Assembly (NCBI GenBank): GCA_934167495.1
Contig: CAKPKP010000006.1
Span: 10,789 to 74,788 of the forward strand
Direction of reading: 5' to 3'
Length of the DNA: 64,000 nt
Source of the DNA: an uncultured Clostridia bacterium
Lineage (GTDB): Bacteria > Bacillota > Clostridia > TANB77 > CAG-508
The notes under the pieces are model-generated. The model saw nothing but the letters and a program-made list of their open reading frames with translations. It had not been told where the DNA came from and did not search any database. This document shows positions 33,058 to 44,189 of the stretch, piece after piece (the first letter of the stretch is position 1; each line of letters starts with the position of its first letter). The translations under genes were made by a program, and so were the position numbers.

Positions 33058-35553
33058 ATGGGAAAAATAGTTCTATTAGATGATTTAACAATAAATAAAA
33101 TAGCTGCTGGAGAGGTTATAGAAAGACCTGCTTCTGCTATAAAAGAATTAGTTGAAAACTCAATTGATGCAGGTGCTACTAATATTTCAGTAGAAGTAAA
33201 AAATGGAGGAATTTCATATATAAGAATAACAGATAATGGATGTGGTATTTCAGAAGATGATATGGAAATTTCTTTTGAAAGACATGCGACAAGTAAAATT
33301 AGAAAAGCAGAGGATTTAGATACTGTAAAATCTATGGGATTTAGAGGTGAGGCTTTAGCTAGTATCGCAGCTATTGCAAATGTTGAAATGACATCTAGAA
33401 CAGCTGATTCAGAAGTAGGACATAAAATTGTTGTAGAGGGTGGTAAAGTATTGGAATTTACTGAGGTTGGAGCTCCAATAGGAACTACAATAATTGTTAG
33501 AAATTTATTTTTCAACACACCAGTAAGATACAAATTTTTAAAGAAAGATTATACAGAATCAGGATACATAGAAGATGTTATAACAAGATTAGCTTTAGTT
33601 AATAAAGATGTTGCAATAAAATATATAAATACAGGAAAAACAATTATTCAAACAGCAGGAAATGGAGATTCAAAATCTACTATATATAGTATTTATGGAA
33701 AAGATATTGCAAATGGAATTATAGATATAAATTATGAATATGAAGGAATTAAAGTAACAGGTGTAATAGGAAAACCAGAAATTGCTAGATCAAATAGAAG
33801 TAATCAAATATTTTTTGTTAATAAAAGAAATGTTAGAGATAAAAGCTTAACTGCAGCTGCAGAACAAGCATATAAAGGTATGTTACCAATAGGAAAATTC
33901 GGTTTTATTATTTTAAATTTGGACATGGATGCAACAAAAGTTGATGTTAATGTTCATCCTGCAAAATTGGAAGTAAGATTTGAAGAAGAAAGTAAAGTCT
34001 TTAAAGCTGTTTATAATGCAATAAAAGATGGCTTGTTAAAGAAAGAATTAGTTGCAAATGTTGAAAGACCAATAATATTTCAAAGAGAAAATTTTGAAAA
34101 TAGTATAAAGCCAGAAATAAAAGAAGAAAAAGAAGAATCAAAAGGATTTGCTGGATTATTTAAAAAGATGCACAAAGACCAAAATGAAAGTGATGAAGAC
34201 AAAAACAATACTTTAAAAGAAATTTATGAATTTAGAAATGAATTAAAAAAGATAGGTGTGTCACCAGTTTCTACGGTTCCTGTGTCTACTGTTCCAGTAA
34301 CAGTGCCTACTGAATCTAAAGTAGAAAAAGAAGAAACAAAAATTGATGATATTGAAGTTGATGAAAACTTTATAAAACAAACAAATGAAAAAACAAAAAG
34401 TATTATAGAATCATATTACAATAAGGTTTATAATCTTCAAAAGCCAGTAGAAAAGCCTTCTACAGAAAATCAAGAAAGTGTTACAGAAACAGTAAATACT
34501 GAAATAAAAGAAAACAATGAGAATCAAGTTATAAATGAAAAAATTGAAGAAAAAACAAATGATGTAATAGAAAATAGCAATGAAATTATTGAAAATAGAA
34601 TAGAAAATATAAATAATGAAGTTGTAGAAGAAAAGGTAGAAACTGAAAATATAAATAATGAAATAGAATTTGCTGATAACAGTGAAGAGATGGTAGATAA
34701 TGTTACAGAAAAATTAATGCAAGAAATAAAAGATAGCGATGAAGAAAGGACACAAGTAATAGATACACAAACTGTTAGAAAAGCTTTAGAAGAAATGAAA
34801 AAACCAGAAAATAGTGACAAAAACTTTGATGAAATGTATACAAAAATATTTGGAAAATCACCTGTTCAAGAAACTGTAGAAGAGAAAAAAGATGATGCAC
34901 CAAAATTTGAATTTTCAGCTGATGATGAAAATATAACTGTATTTGAAAATAGCGAAGATTACGCTACAAAACCATTAGAATATAGATTTATAGGTATAGC
35001 ATTTTCTACATATATAATAATTGAAATTAAAGATGAAATGTATATAATAGATCAACATGCTGCACATGAAAGAATAATGTATGAAAAGGTTAAGAAGAAT
35101 TATTTTAGTGATGAAGATAAAGATTCACAAATGCTTTTAATACCAGATGTTATAACTTTATCACATAAAGAGGCAGATATAATTAAGCAAAATATTGGTA
35201 TGTTTGAGAAAGCTGGATTTACAGTAGAAGAGTTTGGAGAGAATACAGTAAAATTAACTGGAGTACCAAATATATGTATAGATTTAAATACAAAACAATT
35301 ATTTTTAGATTTATTAGATGAAATAGATACAGTTGCTGTAACTGCAAGACAAGAAATAGAAGAAAAGTTTTTATCAACAATAGCATGTAAATCAGCTGTT
35401 AAAGCAAAAATGAAATTAACTGAAGAAGAAGTACATAAATTAATGGAAGTATTATTAAAATTACCTAATCCATTTACTTGTCCTCATGGAAGACCAACAG
35501 CTATAAAAATGACAAAAGCTGATTTAGAAAAGAAATTTAGTAGAAGAAAATAA
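33058..35553 (+). CDS. mutL: DNA mismatch repair protein MutL with a long low-complexity linker
   Basis: GHKL ATPase N-terminus (LDDLTINKIAAGEVIERPASAIKELVENSIDAG) and C-terminal dimerisation domain. The linker is E/K/N-rich. Confidence 0.9.
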   Translation: MGKIVLLDDLTINKIAAGEVIERPASAIKELVENSIDAGATNISVEVKNGGISYIRITDNGCGISEDDMEISFERHATSKIRKAEDLDTVKSMGFRGEALASIAAIANVEMTSRTADSEVGHKIVVEGGKVLEFTEVGAPIGTTIIVRNLFFNTPVRYKFLKKDYTESGYIEDVITRLALVNKDVAIKYINTGKTIIQTAGNGDSKSTIYSIYGKDIANGIIDINYEYEGIKVTGVIGKPEIARSNRSNQIFFVNKRNVRDKSLTAAAEQAYKGMLPIGKFGFIILNLDMDATKVDVNVHPAKLEVRFEEESKVFKAVYNAIKDGLLKKELVANVERPIIFQRENFENSIKPEIKEEKEESKGFAGLFKKMHKDQNESDEDKNNTLKEIYEFRNELKKIGVSPVSTVPVSTVPVTVPTESKVEKEETKIDDIEVDENFIKQTNEKTKSIIESYYNKVYNLQKPVEKPSTENQESVTETVNTEIKENNENQVINEKIEEKTNDVIENSNEIIENRIENINNEVVEEKVETENINNEIEFADNSEEMVDNVTEKLMQEIKDSDEERTQVIDTQTVRKALEEMKKPENSDKNFDEMYTKIFGKSPVQETVEEKKDDAPKFEFSADDENITVFENSEDYATKPLEYRFIGIAFSTYIIIEIKDEMYIIDQHAAHERIMYEKVKKNYFSDEDKDSQMLLIPDVITLSHKEADIIKQNIGMFEKAGFTVEEFGENTVKLTGVPNICIDLNTKQLFLDLLDEIDTVAVTARQEIEEKFLSTIACKSAVKAKMKLTEEEVHKLMEVLLKLPNPFTCPHGRPTAIKMTKADLEKKFSRRK

Positions 35554-35582
35554 TTTGGAAACGAAGGGAATGAAAAAGAAAA

Positions 35583-36521
35583 ATGGCAAATAAACTTCAA
35601 GTTATAGTTATAGCTGGGCCAACTGCTTCAGGTAAAACTGCACTTTCAATAGAATTAGCAAAGAAAATAAATGGAGAAATCATTTCATGTGATTCTATGC
35701 AAATTTATAAATATATGGATATAGGAACTGCAAAAGTAACTGAAAATGAAAAGTCTGGAATTTGCCATTATCTTATAGATATCATTGAACCTAATCAAAG
35801 GTATAGTGTTTCAAATTATAAAAATGATGCTGAAAAAGCAATAGAAGAAATTTTAAATAAAGGAAAAACTCCAATAATAGTTGGCGGAACAGGATTATAT
35901 ATTGATTCGCTAATATATGGAATAGAATATCCAGAAATTATTTTAGATGAAGAATATAGAGAATACTTAAATAAGATAGCTGAAACAGAAGAAGGATTAG
36001 AAAAATTATATAATGAAGCTAAAAAAATAGATGAAGAAGCTATGAAAAAAATTAGTCAAAATGACAAAAAACGCATTTTAAGAATTTTAGAAATATATAA
36101 AGCAACTGGAAAAAACAAAACAGAACAAGAGATTGAATCACGAAAAAATGAAGTAAAATACGATTATAAAGTATTTGCTCTAAATATGGATAGAGAATTA
36201 TTATATAGTAGAATAAATAAAAGAGTCGATATAATGTTTGAAAAAGGACTTATAGATGAAGTAGAAAAAATCTACAAAAAGTATAGTAGTTTTCCAACAG
36301 CTATGCAAGGATTGGGGTATAAAGAGGTTGTTGAATATTTAGATAACAAAGTATCAAAAGAAGAAATGGTTGAAAAAATTAAACAAGAAACCAGAAGATA
36401 TGCTAAAAGACAACTTACATGGTTTAGAAAAAATAAAGAAACAGTATGGCTAGATGCAACAAATGATATACAAAATAATATAAAAATTATTTTGGAGGTA
36501 TGTAGTGGAGAATCAAAATAA
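35583..36521 (+). CDS. miaA: tRNA dimethylallyltransferase
   Basis: VIAGPTASGKT P-loop in a 312-aa protein. Confidence 0.9.
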   Translation: MANKLQVIVIAGPTASGKTALSIELAKKINGEIISCDSMQIYKYMDIGTAKVTENEKSGICHYLIDIIEPNQRYSVSNYKNDAEKAIEEILNKGKTPIIVGGTGLYIDSLIYGIEYPEIILDEEYREYLNKIAETEEGLEKLYNEAKKIDEEAMKKISQNDKKRILRILEIYKATGKNKTEQEIESRKNEVKYDYKVFALNMDRELLYSRINKRVDIMFEKGLIDEVEKIYKKYSSFPTAMQGLGYKEVVEYLDNKVSKEEMVEKIKQETRRYAKRQLTWFRKNKETVWLDATNDIQNNIKIILEVCSGESK

Positions 36522-37759
36522 AAATAAAGTAAAAGATATAACAATTAAAATATTACTAGGAATTGTATTTTGCTTTTTTATATTATATGTATTGTATAAT
36601 GCTTTAAAATTTATAAAGACTCCAACAGATGTTTTTGTTGTAAAAGAACGGAAAAATATCTAGTGAGGAAAGTTTAGAAGGCTATGTCATTAGAGATGAA
36701 ATTGTACTAGAGGGTGAAAACTATAAAAATGGTATGATACAAATAAAAAATGAAGGAGAACGTGTAGCAAAAGACGAAAATGTATTTAGATACTATTCTA
36801 ATAGTGAAGAGAATATAAAACAAAAAATTTCTAGTCTAGATGATGAAATAACAGAGGCTTTATCTAATGAAACAAATATATTTTCTAGCGATATTGAAAT
36901 AATTGAAAAACAAATAGATACAATATTAGATAACTTATATAAAACAAACGATATACAGAAAATAAATGAATATGATAAAAATATAAGTTCATACATAAAT
37001 AAAAAATCAAAGATTGCAGGAGAGTTTAGTGCTTCTGGTTCTGAAATAAGTAGACTTATGGAGGAAAGAAATTCATATGAAGAACAATTAAAAAATAATG
37101 CAGAGATATTAAAAGCACCTGTAAGTGGGATTGTTTCATATAAAGTAGATGGATATGAAAATGTATTAGGATGTACAGATTTTTCTTATTTAAATTCTGA
37201 TATATTAAAAAGTTTAGATGTAAAAACTGGTGCTATGATTGAGAATAATTCTGAAAAAGGAAAAGTAGTAAATAATTTTGTTGCATATATTGCAATAATA
37301 GGACAATCTGAAAGAGCTTTAGCGGCAAAAGTAAACGATACAGTAACATTAAGATTATCAAATTTAGATGAAATAAAAGGAAAAGTAGTATATGTTTCAG
37401 AAGAAAGTAAAGATAAAAATATAGTAGTATTTGAGATAAACAATTCGATAGAATATTTAGTAAATTATAGAAAAATATCTTTAGATATTGTTTGGTGGTC
37501 AGATAAAGGTAAAAAAGTAAGTAACTCTAGTATTATAGAAGATAATGATTTATCTTATGTAATCCGAAATAAGGCGGGATATTTAGAAAAAGTCTTAGTT
37601 AAAGTATTAAGACAAAATGATACATATTCAATTATAGATAATTATACAAAAGATGAATTAGAAAAAATGGGATATACTGCAGAACAAATAAAACAGATGA
37701 ATACACTAAAATTGTATGATGAAATCATATATCATCCTACAAAAGAAATGTTACAATAA
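36505..37759 (+). pseudogene. HlyD-family membrane-fusion/adaptor-like protein interrupted by a +1 frameshift at nt 36649
   Basis: GTG at 36505 follows GGAGG and encodes an N-terminal TM segment ending …VFVVKERKNI*. The 36734 ORF continues with lipoyl-like half-sites (GMIQIKNEGERVAKDENV…, APVSGIVSYKVDGYE, VTLRLSNLDEIKGKVVYVS). Deleting C36649 (aaagaaCggaaa) gives …VVKEGKISSEESLEGYVIRD…. Confidence 0.55.
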
Positions 37760-37876
37760 AATTACAGAAATGTTTTTTTTGTATAACAACAGAAAAAAGT
37801 ATTGACAATATTTAAAAAAAGTTAGATACTATAGTAAATTATTAATTACGAATGAAAATTTTAGGAGGTTTATATA

Positions 37877-38338
37877 ATGTCAGGAGTTGTAATGAACAAA
37901 ATTTTAGATTTTTTTGGAGTTGAAGGGGAAACAGAAGAAGAAGAGAACGATTTAGATTATGGATATGAAAACGAAGTAGATGAAGAGGAAGATACAGAAG
38001 ATAGAGGAATATTCAAAAGAAAAAAAGTAGTAAGCATGCCACAAGTACAACAAGTTAAAATGAAAATAGCAAAACCAACTACTTTTGAACAATCAGAAGA
38101 TATTTGTAATTTATTAAAAGAAAGAAATTCTATAGTTGTTAACTTAGAATATGTTAACAAAGATGTAGCTAGAAGAATAGTTGATTTTATAAGTGGAGCT
38201 GTTCATGCATTAGATGGACATATTGAAAAAGTTTCAAATTCAATATTTGTAGTAGCACCATGCAACTATAATATAGTTAACGACATGATGTCAAAAGAAG
38301 AATTAAAAAATAAATTATCTGTATCATGGTTAAAATAA
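37877..38338 (+). CDS. sepF: Cell division protein SepF
   Basis: C-terminal SepF domain (…NSIVVNLEYVNKDVARRIVDFISGAVHALDGHIEKVSNSIFVVAPCN). Confidence 0.8.
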   Translation: MSGVVMNKILDFFGVEGETEEEENDLDYGYENEVDEEEDTEDRGIFKRKKVVSMPQVQQVKMKIAKPTTFEQSEDICNLLKERNSIVVNLEYVNKDVARRIVDFISGAVHALDGHIEKVSNSIFVVAPCNYNIVNDMMSKEELKNKLSVSWLK

Positions 38339-38357
38339 TTTTATAGGAGGATAAGTA

Positions 38358-38804
38358 ATGCTTACACCATTAGACATAGAAAATAAAAAATTCCAAAAAC
38401 AAATCAAAGGATATAATGTAGAAGAAGTAGATGATTTTCTAGATGATTTAACAGTAGATTACGAAAAAATATATAAAGAAAATGCTACATTAAATGAAGA
38501 AAATGCAAAATTAAAAAAAGACTTAGAACATTATAGAACAGTTGAGCATACACTTCAAAATACTTTGGTAATGGCTCAAACAACAGCAGAAGATATAAAG
38601 AAAATAGCCAAACAACAAGCAGACCAAATAATTAAAGATGCTCAAGCTGAAGTTAAAACCTCACTAGAAGAATTAAATAGAAAAGAATTAGATAAAAAGA
38701 AAGAATTAGAAGATCTAAAGAAACAAATAGATATCTATAAAGCTAAAATGGAAGCTTTGTTAATATCACAACTAGAATTGTTAAAAGATATAAATGAAGA
38801 ATAG
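38358..38804 (+). CDS. divIVA: DivIVA-domain cell division protein
   Basis: MLTPLDIENKKFQKQIKGYNVEEVDDFLD is the DivIVA N-terminal lipid-binding domain, followed by coiled coil. Confidence 0.85.
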   Translation: MLTPLDIENKKFQKQIKGYNVEEVDDFLDDLTVDYEKIYKENATLNEENAKLKKDLEHYRTVEHTLQNTLVMAQTTAEDIKKIAKQQADQIIKDAQAEVKTSLEELNRKELDKKKELEDLKKQIDIYKAKMEALLISQLELLKDINEE

Positions 38805-38835
38805 AGAAAATTTAATTCTCTTTCTTTTTTTTTAC
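38803..38835 (+). terminator. Rho-independent terminator after divIVA
   Basis: AGAGAAAATTTAATTCTCT followed by TTCTTTTTTTTT. Confidence 0.7.
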
Positions 38836-39014
38836 CTTTATAGAGGAGTATTGCATATTTCATAAAAGTGTGATTAAATATAACAATAAATAAAAAGAAT
38901 TGTTACAAAAAATGTAAAGAAATATTACAATGTTAAGTATATGTTACAATTTGGTTAATAGTATTGACTTATTTTGAAAATAGAATAAAATGGTATATAT
39001 AGAAGAGGTTTACT

Positions 39015-39572
39015 ATGAGAGTAATAAGTGGAAACTCTAGAGGAAGTAAATTATTTTCTTTAGAAGGAGAAAATACAAGACCAACCTTAGATAGAGTTAA
39101 AGAATCTTTATTTAATATAATTCAAAATAATATTGTAGATAGTAATGTTTTGGATTTGTTTGCTGGAAGTGGAGCTTTAGGAATTGAATGTTTGAGTAGA
39201 GGAGCAAGTAAAGTTATATTTTCAGATAATAGCAGTGATGCAATAAACATAATAAATAAGAATTTAGAAAAAACAAAACTTAAATCTAAATCAATTGTAA
39301 TAAATAAAGATTATTTAAAAGTATTAGAAGAATTAAGCAATGAAAAATTTGATTTGATTTTTTTAGATCCACCTTATAAAACAGATTATGCTATAGAGTC
39401 TCTTAAAATAATAACAAGTAAAAAGATGTTAGAAGAAAATGGAATTATAGTTCTTGAAACAGATAGACAAGAAGAAATTTTGAAAAATATAGAAAATATA
39501 AATATTAATATTGCGGATATAAGAAAATATGGAAGAGTTAGTCTTATATTTTTGAACGGAAGGGGTAAGTAA
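39015..39572 (+). CDS. rsmD: 16S rRNA (guanine966-N2)-methyltransferase RsmD
   Basis: RPTLDRVKESLFNII…VLDLFAGSGALGIE…LDPPY methyltransferase motifs. Confidence 0.8.
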   Translation: MRVISGNSRGSKLFSLEGENTRPTLDRVKESLFNIIQNNIVDSNVLDLFAGSGALGIECLSRGASKVIFSDNSSDAINIINKNLEKTKLKSKSIVINKDYLKVLEELSNEKFDLIFLDPPYKTDYAIESLKIITSKKMLEENGIIVLETDRQEEILKNIENININIADIRKYGRVSLIFLNGRGK

Positions 39573-40051
39573 TGGAGATTTTTACACTTTTAGAAACTTT
39601 AGAGGAAATTTTAGAAAAAAGTAAAACATTACCTTTAGTAAACAAAAGTATTGTTGAAAAAGAAGAAATATTAGAAATAATTAAAGAAATTAGACTTAAG
39701 TTACCAGATGAATTAAAACAAGCTAAATGGATTAAAGAAGAAAGAAATAGAATAATTCAAGAAGCACAAAAAGAAGCAGATGACATTGTTAAAGAAGCAG
39801 AAAACAGAATAATTTCTATGATTGATGAACATGAAATTACTAAAAAAGCTTATGAACAAAAAACACAAATTATAGAAAATGCAAATGAGATGTCAAGAGA
39901 AATGTCAAGAAGCACTAAAGAATATGCTGACGGTATTTTAAGTGAAATCGAAAAAACAATTACTGGTTTAGAAGAAAATATGGATAACATAAATCTTACA
40001 TTGAAAAACGCAATTGAATTGATTCAAAATAATAGAAATGAATTAAAATAA
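39572..40051 (+). CDS. Hypothetical charged coiled-coil protein at the position where coaD is usually found
   Basis: 159 aa, E/K-rich, no enzymatic motif. Confidence 0.45.
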   Translation: MEIFTLLETLEEILEKSKTLPLVNKSIVEKEEILEIIKEIRLKLPDELKQAKWIKEERNRIIQEAQKEADDIVKEAENRIISMIDEHEITKKAYEQKTQIIENANEMSREMSRSTKEYADGILSEIEKTITGLEENMDNINLTLKNAIELIQNNRNELK

Positions 40052-40124
40052 TTAATATTTAAAATACTAGAGGCGTAAAGTTTTATGTTTTACGCCTCAA
40101 ATTTGTATACAGGGAGGAAATACT

Positions 40125-42596
40125 TTGGGAAGAAAAAAGAAGAGCTCAAAAAAGAAACAAAAGAAAAACGTATTTAATATAGATGTAGCTGTAGTTTTTA
40201 TGATAGTTTTAAGCATATTATTATTCGTTCTAATATATTCAAATGCAGGAGTACTAGGCGAAGTATTAAGTCCTATGCTAGGTGGAATGATAGGCTTTAT
40301 CAAATATATAATTCCAGTTGGAACTTTTGCTATAGCAATTTGCATGGTTAAAGATGATAAAGATTATCTATTTTCAAAATTAATGCAATATCTTGTATTT
40401 TTAGCATGTGTTGCGGGTATGATGACTATATATCAAATTTCAAAAGGAAATATAAATACTAGTTTAGAATTTGAGAAAGTTATACAAGTTGCTTATGATT
40501 TAGGAATAAAAAATATTGGTGGAGGAACTATAGGTGCTGTAATATCTGTGCCACTAATAAAACTACTTGGAATGTTTGGTGCAACTATATTATTGTTAGG
40601 AATAGCTGTAATGCTTTTAATATTTACTTTTGGTATAAGACCTTCAGAAATTATTATAGCTATACTAGAAAGAATGAATGAAAGAAAAGACGAAATTGCT
40701 GAAGGAAGAGCTGAAGCAATGGATGAAATAAAAGAAAGAAGATTAAAATTAAAACAAGATAAACAAGCAAGAATAAACAATAAAAATAGTCAAGCAAGAA
40801 AAAATGTGATGAGAGAAGAAATTACAGGAGGATTAGATACTCCTTCTCATGAAATAGGCGAAGAAGAAATACAAATAAATATTCCAAATCATGAGGTCAT
40901 GGATGATGGAAAAAATAATAAAGCTAAAAAGGAATCAAAATTTAAACTATTTAAACATGATGATGATTTAATTCCAGAGAAAAAAGTAGAAAAACCAAAT
41001 CCAAATGAAATTGAAGCAAATTTATTTAAAAAAGTGGAAGAGGTAAAAGAAGAAAAAACTAAATATGAATTACAATTAGACACAAATATAACTGAAGTAG
41101 ACGATGAAAATTATGAATTTCCTCCAATTGAGCTTATGAAGCAAGGAGAAGTTAAAAATTTAAAAGGCGGAAAAAAAGCATTAACAGATACAGCTGCAAG
41201 ATTACAAAAAACTTTATACAGTTTTGGTGTATCTGCAAAAGTTGAGAACGTTTCTGTAGGACCTGCAATAACAAGATATGAATTAAAACCAGCAGAAGGT
41301 GTAAGAGTTAGTAAAATAGCTAAATTATCAGATGATATAGCTCTAAACTTAGCAGCAGAAAGTATAAGAATAGAAGCTCCTATTCCAGGAAAACAAGCTG
41401 TTGGAATAGAAATACCAAATTCAGAAAAAGAAGTAGTACATTTAAGAGATATTATAGAATCAGATAAATTTCAAGATGCAGAAAGTAAGTTAGCATTTGC
41501 TCTTGGAAAAGACGTAGGTGGAGAAGCAATAGTAACAGATATTGCAAAAATGCCTCACGTATTAATAGCTGGTTCTACTGGTTCTGGAAAGAGTGTATGT
41601 ATTAATACATTAATTACTAGTATATTATATAAGGCTAAACCAAGTGAAGTCAAACTTGTTATGGTTGACCCAAAAGTTGTTGAATTATCAGTATATAATG
41701 GAATACCACATTTATTAATACCAGTTGTTACAGATCCTAAAAAGGCTGCAGGTGCATTAGCTTGGGCAGTACAAGAAATGGTTAATAGATATGGAAAATT
41801 TGCTGAAAAAGGTGTAAGAGATATAAAAGGTTATAATGAACTTATGAAAGAAGATGGAGAAGAAGGAAAATTACCACAGATAGTAATTATAATCGATGAG
41901 CTTGCAGATTTAATGATGGTTGCACCAAATGATGTTGAAGATGCAATTTGTAGATTAGCACAGATGGCAAGAGCAGCAGGAATGCATTTAGTTATAGCAA
42001 CACAAAGACCATCAGTAGATGTAATAACAGGTATAATTAAAGCAAATGTACCTTCAAGAATAGCTTTTGCTGTGTCATCACAAATAGATTCTAGAACAAT
42101 ACTAGATATGGCTGGTGCAGAAAAGCTATTAGGAAAAGGAGATATGTTATTTTACCCAGTTGGAGTATCAAAACCTGTAAGAATTCAAGGTGCTTTTGTT
42201 TCAGATAAAGAAGTTGAAAAAATAGTTGACTTTTTAAAAGCATCTACAGACGGAAAAACAATATATAATGAAGATATATTAGAAAAAATAGAAAAAGCAA
42301 ATACATCAGACAGAGAACTTGAAAACTCAGAAGATGATGAAGCAGATCCATTTTTGGAGGAAGCAATTGAAACAGTAATAGATATAGGACAAGCTTCTAC
42401 ATCATTTATTCAAAGAAGATTTAAAGTTGGATATGCAAGAGCAGGAAGAATAATTGATCAAATGGAAGAAAGAGGTATTATTTCTGGATATGAAGGAAGT
42501 AAACCAAGACAAGTATTAATGTCTAAAGAAAGATGGGCTGAGTTAAAAATGGCAAAACCAGCTCAAGTTACTCAAGAAGCTAATACAGAAGAATAA
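40125..42596 (+). CDS. ftsK: DNA translocase FtsK/SpoIIIE
   Basis: N-terminal TM helices, linker, motor domain (HVLIAGSTGSGKSVCIN… Walker A/B) and a C-terminal gamma winged helix. Confidence 0.9.
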   Translation: MGRKKKSSKKKQKKNVFNIDVAVVFMIVLSILLFVLIYSNAGVLGEVLSPMLGGMIGFIKYIIPVGTFAIAICMVKDDKDYLFSKLMQYLVFLACVAGMMTIYQISKGNINTSLEFEKVIQVAYDLGIKNIGGGTIGAVISVPLIKLLGMFGATILLLGIAVMLLIFTFGIRPSEIIIAILERMNERKDEIAEGRAEAMDEIKERRLKLKQDKQARINNKNSQARKNVMREEITGGLDTPSHEIGEEEIQINIPNHEVMDDGKNNKAKKESKFKLFKHDDDLIPEKKVEKPNPNEIEANLFKKVEEVKEEKTKYELQLDTNITEVDDENYEFPPIELMKQGEVKNLKGGKKALTDTAARLQKTLYSFGVSAKVENVSVGPAITRYELKPAEGVRVSKIAKLSDDIALNLAAESIRIEAPIPGKQAVGIEIPNSEKEVVHLRDIIESDKFQDAESKLAFALGKDVGGEAIVTDIAKMPHVLIAGSTGSGKSVCINTLITSILYKAKPSEVKLVMVDPKVVELSVYNGIPHLLIPVVTDPKKAAGALAWAVQEMVNRYGKFAEKGVRDIKGYNELMKEDGEEGKLPQIVIIIDELADLMMVAPNDVEDAICRLAQMARAAGMHLVIATQRPSVDVITGIIKANVPSRIAFAVSSQIDSRTILDMAGAEKLLGKGDMLFYPVGVSKPVRIQGAFVSDKEVEKIVDFLKASTDGKTIYNEDILEKIEKANTSDRELENSEDDEADPFLEEAIETVIDIGQASTSFIQRRFKVGYARAGRIIDQMEERGIISGYEGSKPRQVLMSKERWAELKMAKPAQVTQEANTEE

Positions 42597-42620
42597 TAAT
42601 TAAGAAAGGAGTTTTGGATT

Positions 42621-44171
42621 TTGAATAAAGGTAAAAGATTTTTTTCTAAATTAAAAAATTATAATAAATTACTTGAAGAAGTACTAGAAAAAAAATATTT
42701 TTCTGGAAATGCCAAAAATATTTTATTAAGCATGGCTTACAAAATTGAAAACTCATATGATGATTATAAAACTGTAAAAAGAAATGTTAAAACAAAAGAT
42801 GAATTTCTTGTTGAAACAATATATAATGTTCAAAATTATTGTGAACATATAAAATTAGTAGAGCCTAATAGTGAAAAAGCAGAATTATTAAAAAAATATA
42901 ATGTTTTAGCACTTACGAATGAAAAGGAAAAAAGCATTTTATCATTTCCAACAGAAATGGCTCTTTTATATGCCATATCAGACATTTCACCTAAATATTT
43001 TTATATAGATGAAGATTATACATTAAGAAAACAATTTCAATATATGTTAGTTGATGGGTACAATCAAAACAATATTGAAATATTAAAAAATTTTAATGGT
43101 TGGTCATGGTTTAATGAATATGATGAAACTTTAAATTTTGTGAATAATTTAATTTATCAAAATTTATTGATGTTATTAGGAGAAAAATTTTTAAATAATT
43201 GGAAAGAAAATTATACTCAAAATGTAGATAATATATATGAATTAAAAAATAAACTATCAATATTATATGGAAAAATTAATATGCAACGATTTTATATTTC
43301 AATGTGTAGAGTATTGATATTAAATTCAAGAAATAGAAATAAAATTATAAGAAAATTTGATAGAGTAAAATATGAACTTGAAAGAATAAGCAATAAAAAA
43401 ACTTTTTTAGATAGTGTTTCAGAAGAAAAAATAGAAGTTACAAAAAGAATAAAAAATATAGAAATTATAATGAAAAAAGAAATATTATTAAAAAAAGAAT
43501 TAAAGAAAAGAAATGATAAATTAGATAGCGATAAAAGAATACATAGTGTTAAACAACTAGTTCAAATATTAGAAAGAGAAAAGAATGAATATCAGAAAAT
43601 AATTAATCATTTAACTGAAATAGTAAAACCAAAAAATTATTTAATATATAAAGAACAATTAGACCAACAATACGATATAATAAGAGAATTAGAAGAAGCT
43701 GATTTAGAAGAGGAAATTGTAAAACTTCAAAAAGCATTTTTATCTTGTATGACACAAAAATTGCAAAATGTTCATACAAGAGATGATATTATAGATATGA
43801 TATATGAAATAAGATATTATAGAAAAATATATATGTATCATGAAAAAATGGTTAAAGATTATAAAAATATAGAAAATAGAATAGAAAAACTTTTAAAAGA
43901 AATAATTACAATTTCTTGCAAGTTTGGAATAATAAATATCTTTTGTATGGATATAAATTATAATTATGAATTAGTATCTTTATTTTTAGATACTGATATA
44001 ATAGAATTAGAAGAAATAAAATTATTATTAAAATTAAATTATTCTAAAAATAAATTGAAAGTAATTGTATATGATAAAGATATTGTTGAAAAAGAAGTAG
44101 AACTAAAATTTGATTTATCCGAAAAAGATTTAAAAGTAAAACTTAATAGGCCAGTAAGAATTTTTTTATAA
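42621..44171 (+). CDS. Hypothetical protein, 516 aa, Asn/Lys/Ile-rich
   Basis: Long ORF with good codon periodicity and no recognisable domain. Confidence 0.45.
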   Translation: MNKGKRFFSKLKNYNKLLEEVLEKKYFSGNAKNILLSMAYKIENSYDDYKTVKRNVKTKDEFLVETIYNVQNYCEHIKLVEPNSEKAELLKKYNVLALTNEKEKSILSFPTEMALLYAISDISPKYFYIDEDYTLRKQFQYMLVDGYNQNNIEILKNFNGWSWFNEYDETLNFVNNLIYQNLLMLLGEKFLNNWKENYTQNVDNIYELKNKLSILYGKINMQRFYISMCRVLILNSRNRNKIIRKFDRVKYELERISNKKTFLDSVSEEKIEVTKRIKNIEIIMKKEILLKKELKKRNDKLDSDKRIHSVKQLVQILEREKNEYQKIINHLTEIVKPKNYLIYKEQLDQQYDIIRELEEADLEEEIVKLQKAFLSCMTQKLQNVHTRDDIIDMIYEIRYYRKIYMYHEKMVKDYKNIENRIEKLLKEIITISCKFGIINIFCMDINYNYELVSLFLDTDIIELEEIKLLLKLNYSKNKLKVIVYDKDIVEKEVELKFDLSEKDLKVKLNRPVRIFL

Positions 44172-44189
44172 ATTAAGTAGGAGATAAAA

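Noticed and set aside
40070-40098. Perfect 10-bp hairpin (GAGGCGTAAA…TTTACGCCTC) between the coiled-coil gene and ftsK, as a terminator
   Set aside because: It lacks a following T-tract on either strand. It is noted as a possible regulatory or processing structure only, not called as a feature.
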